A stretch of 35,962 bases of DNA from an uncultured virus (IMG/VR IMGVR_UViG_3300028840_004051). Taxonomy: Duplodnaviria > Heunggongvirae > Uroviricota > Caudoviricetes. A model generated the notes under the pieces. The model was not told the origin of the DNA and searched no databases. It was given only the letters and a program-made list of their open reading frames with translations. Both the position numbers and the translations under genes were made by a program. Location of the stretch: the IMG/VR virus record IMGVR_UViG_3300028840_004051; one strand, 5' to 3'. This document shows, piece by piece, positions 35,235-35,962 of this stretch (within the stretch, counting starts at the first letter, position 1; every line of letters begins with the position of its first letter).

Positions 35235-35962
35235 AGTATGGCGTCGTAGGAAGAGGGTCAATCTTACTCCATTAAAACGAATAGTCATCTTGATGGCAAT
35301 CAATGACGAATTCCTTCTTTCCATTACCCCTCTATTTCAAGATACCTCATTTTTCCCCAATACTCCATATCTCCTAACAGTAGCAAAATGGATTATAAAG
35401 CATGGCAAAGAATACGGTCGAGCTCCAAGAGAATACCTTGATACCAAATTCAATGATTATCAGGCGGAGATTGGCAGTGATGAACCAGATGTAGAGCTGA
35501 TTGCAAAGTTCCTAAAACAACTGAATGATGAATACCATAGAGGTGATTTCAACGATGTTAATGTTAAGTATGAATTGGAAGTGGCTGAGGAGCTTCTCCA
35601 ATCCTACGCATTGATGAAGAATTCAAATGATGTTATTGAAGCCATTAAAGCTAACGCAATCAAAGAGGCGATTGAAATTAGAAAAACGTTCACCCTTCCC
35701 GCTATTAAAATAATCGAACGTCCTCCATCTGAAATAATCGAAAAGAAAGCCATCACATCCACCGACCTCATTAAAGCTGACATCAGTGAGCCAAGTCCAA
35801 TCATAACCCCATGGCTGCATGATGGCAGCATTACGATGATATACGGTAAGAGAGGGGTTGGGAAGACATGGATATCCTCAATCATCGCCGTATGTGTTAC
35901 AAGAGATAATAATGTCGATGTGCCAAAGATAGGAAATTGGAATGTAAAGAGGCAAGCGGGGG
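35218..35962 (+). CDS. RecA-fold (AAA_25/RepA/DnaB-like) replicative helicase, truncated by the window end
   Basis: Not in the track. Open from ATG 35218 (MDIADKVWRRRKRVNLTP...) to the edge. PWLHDGSITMIYGKRGVGKTW Walker A. Confidence 0.85.
   Translation, partial: MDIADKVWRRRKRVNLTPLKRIVILMAINDEFLLSITPLFQDTSFFPNTPYLLTVAKWIIKHGKEYGRAPREYLDTKFNDYQAEIGSDEPDVELIAKFLKQLNDEYHRGDFNDVNVKYELEVAEELLQSYALMKNSNDVIEAIKANAIKEAIEIRKTFTLPAIKIIERPPSEIIEKKAITSTDLIKADISEPSPIITPWLHDGSITMIYGKRGVGKTWISSIIAVCVTRDNNVDVPKIGNWNVKRQAG

Overview
This window looks like part of a tailed dsDNA phage or prophage genome, probably from a Gram-negative host (lipoproteins, GT9, ExbB/TolQ homologue). Two arms diverge from an AT-rich control region at about 23.9-24.45 kb. 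The minus-strand arm runs terS-terL, then about 20 kb of accessory genes instead of a portal gene: a Fis-type HTH protein; a translationally coupled envelope module (exported ClpP-like protease, ExbB/TolQ-like protein, ExbD/TolR-like TM+YfaP protein, membrane proteins, lipoprotein); a glycosylation cluster (GT9-GT4 fusion, NDP-sugar epimerase, CgeB-like GT, three SAM methyltransferases, GT2, GT-A-like protein); an HTH and metallophosphoesterase pair; a papain-like protease; and two parallel beta-helix adhesin modules. One adhesin module is fully signal-peptide-bearing, and the other ends in a long (Ser10-Glu)n tract that runs off the window. The plus-strand arm carries small early genes, a sigma-like factor, a SNF2 helicase, a pentapeptide-repeat protein, a primase, a lambda-O-like initiator with internal iterons and a truncated RecA-fold helicase. 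The most striking signal is non-coding. The early genes are separated by two families of repeated structured RNA cassettes in A-B-A-B...A order. Family A (3 copies, with compensatory base changes) reproduces the catalytic core of the pistol self-cleaving ribozyme but lacks the canonical P1 hairpin. All product calls come from motif recognition by eye; no database searches or folding programs were run.
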